Source of the DNA: the human T2T-CHM13v2.0 reference genome, Homo sapiens
DNA length: 64,000 nucleotides
Assembly (NCBI RefSeq): GCF_009914755.1
Contig: NC_060926.1
Reading direction: 5' to 3' (one strand)
Notes under the pieces: model-generated
The model's input: only the letters and a program-made list of their open reading frames with translations
The model's database searches: none
What the model was told of the DNA's origin: nothing
Translations under genes and position numbers: made by a program
Part shown: positions 38,641 through 51,302 of the stretch, in pieces
Layout of the letters: the number at the start of each line of letters is the position of its first letter
Position numbering within the stretch: position 1 is the stretch's first letter

Positions 38641-40811
38641 CTGGTTGGGGGAAAGGGGGGAAAGACAGGGATTCTCAACCCTCAGCCCTGGCTGTCCTTA
38701 AGAACCATCTGGAAGAGCTAGGAATCATTTGAAAATACCCCTGCCACCCATTTTTAATGAGCAGTCAGGGCTGAGAATCACAACTTTAAGATATTTTGCC
38801 TGTAATTAATATTTATATTTTAAATCTACATTTTCTGAGAAGCTCGGAATTTTAAAAAATGTATTAGTATCTTTCTGAAGATAATGAAAACTTGTGTCTT
38901 TAGATTAGCTTTACATATCTGACACCTAAATGGTAGTGTTCATTCATATTGATAGGATAATGAAGGAAAGAAGAGCTTTGATCAAACGCCTGGGACACCA
39001 AAGATTTATCTCTGGTCCCAAGAGTGGAAATCTCGAGAGTGGCCCTGAATTACAGAGCTGGCAGGAGCTCACAAGTGGTTTGTGGAAAGATCAGCTCTTT
39101 TGTGATGGCTCTTGGGACAGACAGTTCCTGTGTAGCCAGCTCTTCAGTATTGTCTACCGTGCATTTTGTAGTTGCAAAAATGCACATATGCATAAATGAG
39201 AGCATCCTTCAGCCTTTGGATGAAATGTGCAGCTGAATGAGGAATGCTGAAGAGATCATCAATGCCACCAAATCCTCCAGTGTTGTATGAAAGCATCAGT
39301 TTCAACCGAGATTCAGGGGAAAAGATAATATGAAAATGTGTCGAGGGTGGCAGCACGTGGGAAAACTTGCAGGATGCGCTGAGAAAAACACACACGTGTG
39401 TTCCAGTCTCACTGATTTGGAGCCTCAAATCTGCTAATAGGGCCTGTGATATTTTTAGCCTTGTTATCAGAGCGTAGAGCAAGTTTTCAAGGCTTGTAGG
39501 ATGTATCTATTAAAATAACCTATGTGACTGAGTGGCTGCTCTCTATAACATTTTTGTTCCACTGAAATACAATGAGAGGAAATGGGGCTGCAGGAAATGG
39601 CCATTCTGTCAGAGGACCCAAAGCACACAGGGCCAGTCCAGTATTTACACACATTCTGGCCATTGTGCTTGCAACCTTGGGTAACCCTTCACGTTTTTCT
39701 TCTCCTTTTTCATCTTCTTCAGATTTTGAAGGTTATTCGGCTTGAGAAGGGATGTACTATGCTCTGGGAAATTGATTTGTGAATACACTTTGTATCTGTT
39801 TCTGCACAATCCTTGGAAGTTTTCAAGGCTGTTGATTCTCTAACAAGTAGCTGACAGTATGAACTTCTGGTCCTGATGATGGTGCTGGTGGTGGTAAGCG
39901 GGGAATGTGGTGGCACAACTATCAGACACCTGAGGCCCGTACCTGATTAAGGACCTCTAGAAAGGCGTGTAGGCCTCCCACAGAGGCCAGGCCAGCGTCT
40001 CCAGACCTTTGAAAAGGGAACAGAGCAGGCATGTGTTCCAGCCCCTCCACCTCCGCACAAACGTCTGCAGTCTACAGCCAGCTCACTTTGGTGAAGAAGG
40101 GAAGGTTTTGTGTAGAGGTCTCTGAATTGGCTGGTAGAGGTGCCTCTGACTGGTCACGGGGCTTGGGGACTAGGGATAGTTTCTGTGCCCTGCTGAACCT
40201 CCTCATTCCCACCTAATCAGCCCCTTTAAGTCCTTTTTACATATTGAGCTTTCTGGTAAAGAGGTTCCTGCTGTCCAAAGATTGAAACCAACTAAAAATA
40301 ACAGAACGCGAGAGATGGAAAAGACTGTAAGGCAAGCTCTCTGGCTTTCAGTGGGGAAAGCTATAGTGAGCACGTGGGGGTCCTGGTCCAGAGTCCCTTT
40401 ACCCATGGAGCCCCAAGAGCAGGCCCTACACCCGCTGGGCCTTGCCCCCTTCTAGTTTCAGGCTACCCTGTGGGCCAGCAGGCTCAGCATTACACTGTAT
40501 TTGTATAATTCCCTATGTCCTTTCCTTCCATATCCTCTTTCTTTTAGTTCTTTTCTTTCTTTTAGTTCTTTCTTGAAGAATGGGGTCAATTGATTGATCT
40601 TGAGTAAACAAATAGTAGCCTGAGTGAATACCTGCAGAATTAAATTCTGATAGCTTATTTCACTCTAGAATCTTTATGGGTAGCTGCGCAAAGTGGTGTA
40701 CTTTCCTTAAAGACAGCCTTTCCTTGATGCTGGGTTAATGCGCTCCTCTCTGCCCTTGCTGGTGCTAAAGGGTCACTGAGGCTCAGATGCTCACTGCCAT
40801 CTGTAACTCCA

Positions 40812-41458
40812 GTGGAGCATAATGGTCAGGAGCACGGGCTTTGACCCCAGCTCTCTCAATGAGAATCCCGGTTCAAATACATTTGACCCACAGGACCTCT
40901 CTGGGTCTCAGTTTTCTTATCCCTGGAATGAGGATAATGGCACCTGTTCCACAGGGTATTTGTAAATGACCACATGCCTGTAGTGCTTAGTTGACACACA
41001 GTGTTTTAGTCCATTTAGTGTTACTCTAACAGAATAGCTAAGGCTGGATAATTTATAAGGAAAAGAGCCTTGCTTAGTTCATGGTTCTGCAGGATGGCAA
41101 GCTCCAGAAGCCTGGTGCTGGCATCTGCTTGGCATCTGGTGAGGGCTTTCGTGCTGTGTCACAACATGGCAGAAGGGCAAAGGGGAAGTGGTGCAAAGAG
41201 GCCAAACCTGAGGGGTGTCCTGGCTTTTAACAACCCAGTCTCACCAGAAGTAATCCAGTCTCCCCAGAGCAAGAACTCACTACCATGAGAATGGCACCAA
41301 GCCATTCATGAGAGATCCATCCCCATAACCCAGACACCTCTCATGAGGCCCCACCTCCCAACACCACCACACTTGGGATCACATTTCAACATGAGTTTTG
41401 GCGGGGACAACTCAAATCATAGCATACGATGAGTGCTCAGTAAATGCTAAGCTATTGT
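40812..41458 (+). mobile_element. MIR interrupted by a MaLR LTR
   Basis: The MIR 5' part and core occupy 40812-41001. Its 3' end (tgagtgctcagtaaatgctaagctatt) resumes after 41424. Confidence 0.7.
41002..41424 (-). mobile_element. MST-family (MSTB-like) MaLR solo LTR
   Basis: TG...CA termini. Internal motifs ggataatttataaggaaaagag, catggttctgcagg, ggtgagggc, ggccccacctcccaacacc and tttcaacatgag. Confidence 0.88.
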
Positions 41459-41816
41459 CAGTGGTCACTTTCCATCCCTACCCCAAACACAAAGCTAGAG
41501 AAGGGTGCCCTTCCCACCCTTTCCCTTCTATCAGCTTGTTCTGGTGGCTCTAACACGCAGGAGAGATGCTGGCCGAGGGTGGCTTCTGCTGCCTGGTGCT
41601 CAAGTTCCTGTCCCACTTTTACTGCTCACTAACTGTGTGACTCTGGATAATCTACGTAGCCTCTCTGTGCCTGGGTTTCCTGCCTTGAAAGATGGGGTTA
41701 AGGAGAGTTTCTTTCTTCAAGGACTGGTTGTAGGATTAAATGAGATAATGCTTATTGTAAAAGTGCATCCATTTTGTCGTGAGCACTGATAAATGGTAGG
41801 TGGTATAATTAATTAA

Positions 41817-42113
<297 letters not shown>

Positions 42114-43856
42114 TAATTTATTTGCCCTTCCTTGTTCCAGAATAGATTTAAGCAGGGCAGAGAAGAGGTGTTGAGTAAACAAAATGTCCTGGAAAGCTCT
42201 TTGCTGACTGAGAGAGAGCTGCAGAGGAGCCTTCCTATTTGTTGAATTTGGGCGAATGGGGAAAATGCAAAGCTCCCAATCCCCCAATTTCTCCATCTGT
42301 TTCCTGGGCTGCTGCTCTTCTTTCTCGCTTGTTCTCTTTCTTCTTCTGCTCTTGTGTGTTCCATGTTTGGTTAGACACTTCGGGGGAGGGAGGCAAGCTG
42401 AGAGGGGAAGAAAGAAGAAAAAATTATACCCAGACTCCCCCAAATCCTGCTCTTTGGAAACCCTGAGAGCTGACAGGTGTTCTATCTCGTTTGTCTGCAA
42501 TGAAGATTACTGATGAATCCAAGCTGCAGGTTGTTTTTCTCTAGCAATGGTAAAGTATGTGTCCAAAAGCAACTCCAGACGGTGGCCTCAGCTTACTGAT
42601 TTTCTCTCTGATGCTCTGGCCTTTGAGTTCTGTGTGAGCATATGTTGGGCAGTTAGCCAATTCCAGGTGTAGAGTTTTGTTTTCACAGCCATGATCAAGG
42701 CCAAACACCATACTTTGATCGAGGCCATCAGGAACCATCAAAAACAGCAACAATTGTTTAAATTTCCCCCTAGATATGTTTGGAACTGGGATCCGGGCTA
42801 AACCTGTGCTGGTGCTTGTCAAGGACAAGGACAGGGTCTCACACTGACTGGTGAACAGCCCTGTTACATAGCCAGGAACAAAGGACTCTGAGTCATGAGT
42901 GTTCACATTTTTTTTTTCTTGCTTGGTTCGGATTGGTTCTAGTTATTGGGATATTAACAGAAATGAAAAGGTTTAGATAAAATCCACAGCAATCCCACAT
43001 CTCCATGCCTGAATCCCAGAGAGTATGATTCGGATTAGCCCTAAAACCTTGCCTTATTATCGTGGGGCAGCCGCCCTGGGACCCCAGCTAGAGAAGCAGG
43101 GAGACGCAGATGTTTCAGCTTGTTGCAAATGGAATTGTTGACCAGTCAATGCAGAACTCTTCCTCAGGAGTGTGGCATCATTGATTTATGAATTATGGCC
43201 CTTTTAAACTCTCTGCTTGCCTTCTCGGATATCGACGTTTTAAAAAGCGATTTCTCATGTGGATCCTTTTCAGAAACACATACACATGGCCCGAGATGAG
43301 CTCTTATGTCAGAGTAAATGGAGTGGCGCACTCTGGGCTGGCGTTTCCTTCGAATAATGAATTATTCAGGGAGGGATTTTTGTTTTTGAAAATGGCAAAT
43401 GCATTGACGGGGCAGACAGGAAGGAATTACACTCTGGGCTGAGTACTTTCTTATCTTTCAAGGGAGGGGTTAACCAGTCTGGATGAAGCAGGGTGCCAAT
43501 TCGTTCTCATTCCTGCGGTATTCTAGCACGGACCCTGATGCACGGCTTTCTGTGGTTTCAAGCGCCTGGGGAGGAACCTGGGCAAGGCTGTGGCAAGGAA
43601 TCTCAGGAAGGGCATGGATCTCACCTGACAGCCCCGTCTCTGGAGGGAGATGTGTGACAGTCTCTGACCACTCACTGCTTTTTCATTTTCCTTCTGAACA
43701 TCTCTGACTTCCTTTCTTCCTCTCCCACTCCCAAGGTTGGACTGTTCGAATACAAGCCTCCTCCACTTCTAATTACTTGAAGTATTCATCATAATGATAG
43801 ACATCCTTTATTGATCACCTATAGAATCCTATGGGGGAGGGACAATTATTGCCCTA

Positions 43857-43869
43857 CCCCCCCCCCCCC
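43857..43869. repeat. C13 homopolymer
   Basis: 13 consecutive C. Confidence 0.9.
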
Positions 43870-44320
43870 ATCCACCATTTCTTTTTTTCTTAACGGGAGA
43901 AGAAACTGAACCTCAAACAAGTAGAAATGTCAAGATCACAGAGCTAATGAGAGCAGAGTGATTCAGACTCCGCTTCTGCTGTTGTTGGTTTGTTGCTGTT
44001 GTTTTCCACTCTTTCCTTTCATCTTTGTGCCACCCAGCCCTGTCTGTTCGAGGTACATGACCCCACCTTCTGAGGAGGTGAGGCCAGCACCTCTTCTCCT
44101 TCTTGAGGTCCCCCACGGGGGTTTCCAGAGACTGCAGCATCCATGCTGATGAGCCAGCCAGGGCCCCAGCCTCACAGTTTCTGGTCTTCCTTGGCATGGG
44201 CGTGTCGTGGAGTGACCAGACCTTCCACCTAGAGCTTTGACCCTGCCCTCAACTCTCCCACCACCCCGCACCACCACATCCATGCTCTGCTCTCCCTCAA
44301 ACCTGAACCACTTGAACATT

Positions 44321-44632
<312 letters not shown>

Positions 44633-45244
44633 TAATTGCCCAGTCTATTCTGCTGCTCTCCATACTGGATTCTCCACCTGGCCTGAAGGTCATAGTCAGC
44701 TTCTTCAAACCACACAAACTGGCTCTGTGGGCCCTGGTTCCGTCAGCAGGGTGCTTCCTGGGATTGGCCACTATGTTCTTTGCCCCTTCTCATGTCACTG
44801 TCTGCTGGTCCTGCTCAGGTGGCCAGGAGCAGAGCAGAGCTCGGCAATGCTGTGAGACCCCCCGCAGAGTTGTCTTCTGCAGGTTTGCACAGCTTTTAGC
44901 ATGACCTCCACTCCACCCAGGCTTGACAGCGCTTTTTCAAATTTCAAGCATTCAGAAAAGTTGAAAAGAATAGAAAATAAACACAGCTCATTATTTCTAA
45001 GCAATACTCCCATCCTCCATCTCCCTTCACTCTAAGCTTCTTTGCATTTCTTTGAAAGCAGTTGTTCTTCACACCTCTGTGCCTTTGCTCATGCTGTTCC
45101 TTCAGTGTAGAATGCCCTTCCCTGCTCTACTTGCTGAACTCCAGCTAATTCTTTGATGTCTTCTCCAGGTTCTCCATTCCCATGCCTGCCCCAGTTAGTT
45201 GTCTTATTCTAGGCTGACAAAATGTCCAGGTGTCGTTTGTATAA

Positions 45245-45495
45245 CGTAGTAATTGATGATAGACTCTAGAGCCAGGCTGCCTGGCTTCAAACCCCAGCTC
45301 TCTCACTAGCTGTAAGAAACCTTGGACTGTTACTGAACCCTTTATGCATTAATTTTCTCATGTGTCAACCGAAGATAATAATAATTTCTACTTCTTAGGG
45401 ATGTAATGAGCACTAAATGAATTAATATACATTATGAGAACAATGCTTGGTGTATGGGTGCCACATAATACAAGCATTGGCTGCTATTATATCTC
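45245..45495 (+). mobile_element. MIR
   Basis: agactctagagccaggctgcctggcttcaaaccccagctc...actaaatgaattaatatacat. Confidence 0.78.
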
Positions 45496-45799
45496 TTATG
45501 ATGATTTCACTGAAATTATCACTAAAATTGAACTTCTTGAGAGGCGGCACTGTCTTATCTTGACTTGGGCAATCTGCTTCCAGGCCAATTAACTTAACCT
45601 CTCTGACTTCACCTTCTCCACCTGCAAAATGGGGTTGATATGATATACTGGGTACCTGGGGGGATGAAATGAGTAAATACAGGTATGTCATTGTGGTCAA
45701 ACAAGGGTGAGCCATCATTCTTAGCTATTGTGCATTTTTCCCAGAGCCCAGGTCAAGACTTGCAGAGCTAGAAAAGACTTCACAGGTCATGAGGTTTTA

Positions 45800-45930
45800 C
45801 TTTTTGTTTTGTAGAGATGGGGGTCTCACTATGTTACCCAGACTGCTCATGAACTCCTGGCCTCAAGTGATCCTCGCGCCTCAGCGTCCCAGAGTGCTAA
45901 GAGTATAGGCACGAACCACCATGTCCAGCC
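45800..45930 (-). mobile_element. FLAM_C (free left Alu monomer)
   Basis: A single antisense left monomer ending in accaccatgtccagcc. Confidence 0.82.
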
Positions 45931-47898
45931 ACCTTGAGGATTTTTGTTTTTTAATGTTATAGATAAAGAGCTCAGAACAGTTAAGACATCATTGAGGGTT
46001 ACGTAACTCCATTTACTATTTATTTGAGACACAATGGTACAAGAGGGTGAATCCCTAGGAGTGTCAGTGTTTCAGACAAAGCAGCCTTGGGAAGAGGGAG
46101 AATAATGCTTGCTGTCTAGCGTTTGATGTTTTCACAGATTGCCTGTGACCGCCTGTATGTAACAGGTATAGTATCATTAGCTTGTTGTCCATGTGGGGAG
46201 ACTGCACCCAAACCCATTCTGGTGACATCACACAGTTGGAAGGCCACTTTACTCATTCTGCCTCATGGCTTAGCTTTCATAGAACAAAACCCCTACCAGA
46301 AATAAGCTGCAGGGTGAAGGGGAGGGAGGGAGCCACGCATGTCCTTGTCCTTACTAGGGTTTCTCAGCTCTCCACGACTGCGGTAACCACACACCCTGGT
46401 TTGCCCAGAACAATCTCAGTTTACACCTGTGGACCCAGTTCCATGGTGCACCACATACCTGTTCACTTGCAGAAGTGCCTTTTACAGTGCTGGGGAGCCA
46501 CATCTTATGTTTTGCTTTTTTAACCTGCCAGCAGGCTTCTTGCACGCACCAGGCTGAGGCCGTTGTTCTCCTTAATTAATTCGCTCTGCAAGCCAGCCAA
46601 CCCCACTGAAGCTCTGGGAGAAGGACAAGGAACATTTAAACTGACCTGTCTTTGGTTGGGGCGGTCTCTGCTGTTGGGGCAACAGCACTACGCAGAGGAT
46701 GGCTGGAGTCCACATGCTCAGGAAGGACTGCATTGCACTTCATAGTTTTGTTTTCTTCCCAGCCCCATCTTTTTCAATTGGGACTACCGTGGTAGCTTTG
46801 GCGCTTGGCGCTTTCAGCATAGGTACTGCTATTCTTACAAGTGCTCTACCTCAGTAAAGGTTGAGGGGATCCAGGCCTTCTCATGGAACTCTGGTATTTA
46901 GCTGGATTGTAGCTGGAAGGAGAATGCACATTGCCAACATAACAAAACAGGCGCTGGGCTTACTGAGTTCCTTCGCCAAAACCCAGGAATGTAGACTTGT
47001 TCTCATTTCCTCATTTTATACTCCTGTGAGGAATTCTTGGGGCTGCATAAAGTGATTAACCCAGGAGCCAGCTCCTTGGCGTGTCGGGTAGAGAGGCCAG
47101 GCTTAATGAGTGTACTTTCTCCTGCCTTGATCTCAAGGAGCTCAGCAAAGTCGTTTGTGCAAATAAAGTATACAGTGGAAACCACTGTTTACTCCATTGG
47201 ATTAGGCTAAACCAGATTGTAAAAGGCAGATGGGAAAAATAAAAAATAAATAGTTCTAAAATAAAAAAGGAATTTATATATGTGGAGCATATAAGCTAGG
47301 TTTTATTATGTCTATTTTAGAGATATAGAAACTGAGGCTCCCAAGAGTTAAGAGTAGCAGAGCTGTGGTTTGGATTTGGAAGCCCAAGCTCTCCCCACCA
47401 AAACACGTTGCCTCCTCCTTTGCCTCACATACATGCCTGCCCCCGACTTTTGTGGGACCTCCTGTAGGCGCTAAGGGAGAGCCATATACAATGTGTCCAA
47501 ATATTGAAACATTAGATGTCAAACATAAAGACTGTTAAGATGTGTTCCAGCCTCCCAGCTTGACAAATATACCTTCAGAATGACAAAATTTAAAAAGTGT
47601 AAAGCCAGAGTTTTATATGATTGAAAGCAAAATATCAAGTTCAAGTTGCATATTTAATGGGAATATTTTTCTTGCTAATTTTCATTGTTTTGATCAGTAA
47701 TTATTTCCTAAGTCTTTATTAAATCGAGAATTTATAATATCGTTTCAAAGTGTATATGGGCCATGCTCAACAGAAGTGGCTTTTTTTTTTTTACCTGTTT
47801 TCAGTGTTTTTAAAATTTAAAAAACTATATTTTATATTGTATTTCTTATTATTATGGGCACATAATTGGTGTTTTCTGTTTTTTAAAATGTGAGCATT

Positions 47899-48198
47899 GG
47901 CCGGGCACGGTGGCTCACGCCTATAATCCCAGCACTTTGGGAGGCTGAGGTGGGCAGATCACAAGGTCAGGAGATCAAGACCATCCTGGCTAACATGGTG
48001 AAACCCCGTCTCTACTAAAAATACAAAAATTAGCCGGGCATGGTGGTGGGCTCCTGTAGTCCCAGCTACTCAGGAGGCTGAGGCAAGAGAATGGCGTGAA
48101 CCAGGGAGGCGGAGCTTGCAGTAACCTGAGATCGTGCCACGGCACTCCAGCCTGGGCAACAGAGTGGGACTCCGTTTCAAAAAAAAAAAAAGAAAAAA
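47899..48198 (+). mobile_element. AluY
   Basis: Y diagnostics (accatcctggctaac, gaatggcgtgaac, gagcttgcag). TSD aaaa(t/a)gtgagcatt. Confidence 0.9.
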
Positions 48199-48418
48199 GT
48201 GAGCATTTTCATTCATTATTGATGTTCTATTATTTATTCTTTTCAGCTCCTTTTTTCTGAGCTCCACTTTTCTATTTCAATCATAATCCCAATTTATACT
48301 CATTTTCAGTGATCTAAAGAATTACACAAGGAAATTTAATTATATTCAAAGTGTATAAAAATTGAGTATATATTTAGTAAATAGATAAATTGTAGTAAAT
48401 ATAAAAGTTAAAATATTT

Positions 48419-48590
48419 GGTCAGGTTTGGTGGCATGTGCCTGTAGTCCTAGCTACTCAGGAGGCTGAGTGGGGAAGATTGCTTAAGCCCAGGAGTTGGA
48501 GGCTGTTGTGCACGATGATCATGACTGTGAATAACCACTGCACTCTAGCCTGGGCAACGTAGCAAGACCCTGTCTCTAAAAGAAAAGAAT
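48419..48590 (+). mobile_element. FAM (fossil Alu monomer)
   Basis: A single monomer retaining the 7SL-derived tgtgaataaccactgcac segment that dimeric Alus lack. Confidence 0.78.
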
Positions 48591-49819
48591 ATTTTTTAAA
48601 AAATTAAAATTATTTCAATGTTTTCAAAAAAAGATTGTCTTCCAAATATTCAAAATTAAAAGGCACATGTCAGTATAATTAGTGCATACTCAAAATCTGA
48701 TACTTTTTAAAGCATGGGGCTCAGGGCAGGCTCCTGTTGTCCCTAGTCTGCGGATGGCACTGCTCACACATTTAGTTTGTACAAGGAGAAGATTCCATTT
48801 CTTCTTGCTGAGATGATGTCAGAAGTAGTTACCAGAATCAGGACCCAGTCTAGGGTCAGGGTTTTCCAGCAGAGGCAGGATCAGGAATTGCAGTCATGTC
48901 ACCAGGCTGCAGCTTAATGAGGTGTAGGTTAAGCTCCTAGCATCTGAATGTCTGGACTTCTTGTCCACAAGACAAAGAAAGCCTGGATTTGAGACTGTTT
49001 CCATGGTGGGTCCTGGGGAGGAGGAAGGCTGATATGTGGGTAGTCACCTCCAGGCTGGTCAAGTGGGGAGAGATTTTCCCCCTAGTTCTCTAGTTTGTAT
49101 AATGCTGGGTAGATGAAAATATAGTTGCAGGGTAGGGTAGTGGTGGCGCAGGAGTGCCCAGCGGCTGGATACTTGATAGTGTGTTAAAGCAAAGGCATGG
49201 AGCAGTATGCTAAACTCTGCACAGTCAGGCTACAAGGTTGCTGGGTCAGCTGGGGGTCAGGGTGTTTTCACAAAATAAGAAAGGACTGAACGGGAAAGGC
49301 TGTTCAGTATAAGTCACCTTGAGAGCATGGGGAGTCACACTGCCCAGGCAGCAGCCCTTCCATAAAGCCTCATGCTGGGGGGTCTGACTCGAGAGAGCAA
49401 TCAGGTTGCCTATGTCATTGGTCAGGCTTCTGGGCCAGGGCTGGAGTGGCTGGAGCCCAGGTAGACCTGTGGCACCTGGCAGGTGCCAAGGGCAGTTTTA
49501 GTCAGCAGTTGGCTACAGGCTCTTGCCAATAGGCAATGAGAGGCCTGTCTAGACTGGGGTTTGAGGGCAGCCTTCACTCCTTACTCCTAGAAGGAGTAAG
49601 TTCTGGAGAGAAGGACAAGGGAGAGCCACAGTCTTGGCAGAACTGGGCTGCTGGGCAAGGGGTCAAGTCCATGCCTTAAGCCCCACAAGGAGTTTCAACC
49701 TATGGGGTTCAAGGCAGAAGAACAAAATAAAACTTCCGCCATTAAAATTGGAGAAGGAACTTGGGGGTAGAACTAACAGTAGAGCTGGCTTCCTTCGGCC
49801 CGTAAATCTTCACTAATTA

Positions 49820-50760
49820 TCTCCTATGCACCATGCACTGTGCTAGGCACTGACATACATGTATGCATGAGCCATGGTTCCAGGTCCTCCCAGAGCCGGG
49901 GATTATAATCCACTCTATGAGAGAGGCAGAAGAGCAGATCATTACAATACCTGGAAACTAACGCAGTCATAGAGAAATGCGGCAGTTGCCTGGGAAAGAT
50001 TCCTCAACAAGTCTCAGAAGATGGGTAAGAATTAGTGGGGGGAAGGGCATTCCAGGCAGGGGGAACAGCATAAGTGAAAGCAGAGAGGTGGTGGCAGCAC
50101 TGGAGTGTTCTCGGGTGTATAGGCAGTTGAGTGGGCCAAGTTTTCAGCAGGGTGGTGAGAGATGTGTTGAGAAGAGTTAGCCACATGTGGGGACTGATGG
50201 CCGCGCTCAGGAGATCTTCCTTTGATCTCATGGGGTACCATAGAAGAGTGTTAAGCTGACCAGTGGCCAGGAAAATTTGAATTTTAGGAAGACATTTGGT
50301 ATTTTTAGTGCCTTATTAGAGGTTGGATTTAAAAATGAATTTTCAGGGATGAATGTGAAGGGGAGAAGGCCAGAGGAGGGAATCCATTTAGATTGCTGTT
50401 CTGGAATTCAGGCCAAGGGTTGCAAAAACGGGGACTGGGGCTGTGCTCATTGGAACAGGAAGGGGAGCAGTGGAGAAGGGGGTAAATCCCACAGGACTCA
50501 GTCATCAGTGAGTGCTGAGGGTGAGGGAGAGGGAGGAGGCGGGAATGCTGCCCAGGTTTCCAGCTCAGGTGATATGTCCTAAACTCTGCACAGTCAGGCT
50601 TCAAGATGCTGGGAATTTAGGATGAGGTGCTGGGAAGGAAGATGGGGAGTGCAGTTTGAGAGCCAGCTAGAGAGGAGGCTGAGGAAGGCCGTTGGGCAGA
50701 GCCAGGGTGGGAGACTGTGGGAAAGGAAATGCAGCCCCAGAAAGGACGTTCTTCCCTGGT
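49820..50760 (-). mobile_element. L2 fragment
   Basis: cactgtgctaggcactg, gggaagggcattccaggcagggggaacagcataagtgaaagc, cccaggtttccagct. Confidence 0.7.
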
Positions 50761-50972
50761 GTGTCCTGGCTGTCCATGGGACAGGTTGCCAAACCTGAAG
50801 CAGGCTGCTGTGGGTGTGGCCTGAGGATGCTCCAGAGACCCAAGTCAGAAGTTTCAATGTTGTGCTGATCCTAGCCTTGCTGCTGGGGTCAATTTTGCAC
50901 TTCTCCTTTCCTTTTCTACAAAATGGGGATAATAATACTTAACATCTAGGCTGCGGTTTGAAAGCAATACTA

Positions 50973-51302
50973 GGCCAGGCCCAGTGGCTCATGCCTGTAA
51001 TTCTAGCACTTTAGGAAGGCCAAGGCGAGAGGATCACTTGAGACCAGGAGTTCAAGAACAACCTGGGCAACATAACAAGACCCTATCTTAAAAAAAAAAA
51101 AAAAAAAAACACCCAAAAACTTAGCAGGGTGTGGGCATGGTGGTACATGCCTGTAGTCTCAGCTGCTTGGAAGGGTGAGGCAGGAGTTGAAGCTCAGGAG
51201 TAGAAGGCTGCAGTGAGCTATGATCACACTCCAGCCTGGGTGACAGAGTGAGACCCTATCATTCCTTCATACATGAGTAAATAAATAAGCAAATAAATAA
51301 AG
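50973..51302 (+). mobile_element. AluJ
   Basis: Diverged dimer with an expanded A-rich linker and a (TAAA)n tail. Confidence 0.87.

Larger units (their letters stand above)
47465..48762. mobile_element. Probable hAT-Tip100-type DNA transposon fossil, interrupted by AluY and FAM
   Basis: AT-rich interior ending in ggggctcagggcagg...ccctagtctgcggatggcactg, which resembles Tip100-family termini. Family assignment tentative. Confidence 0.4.
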
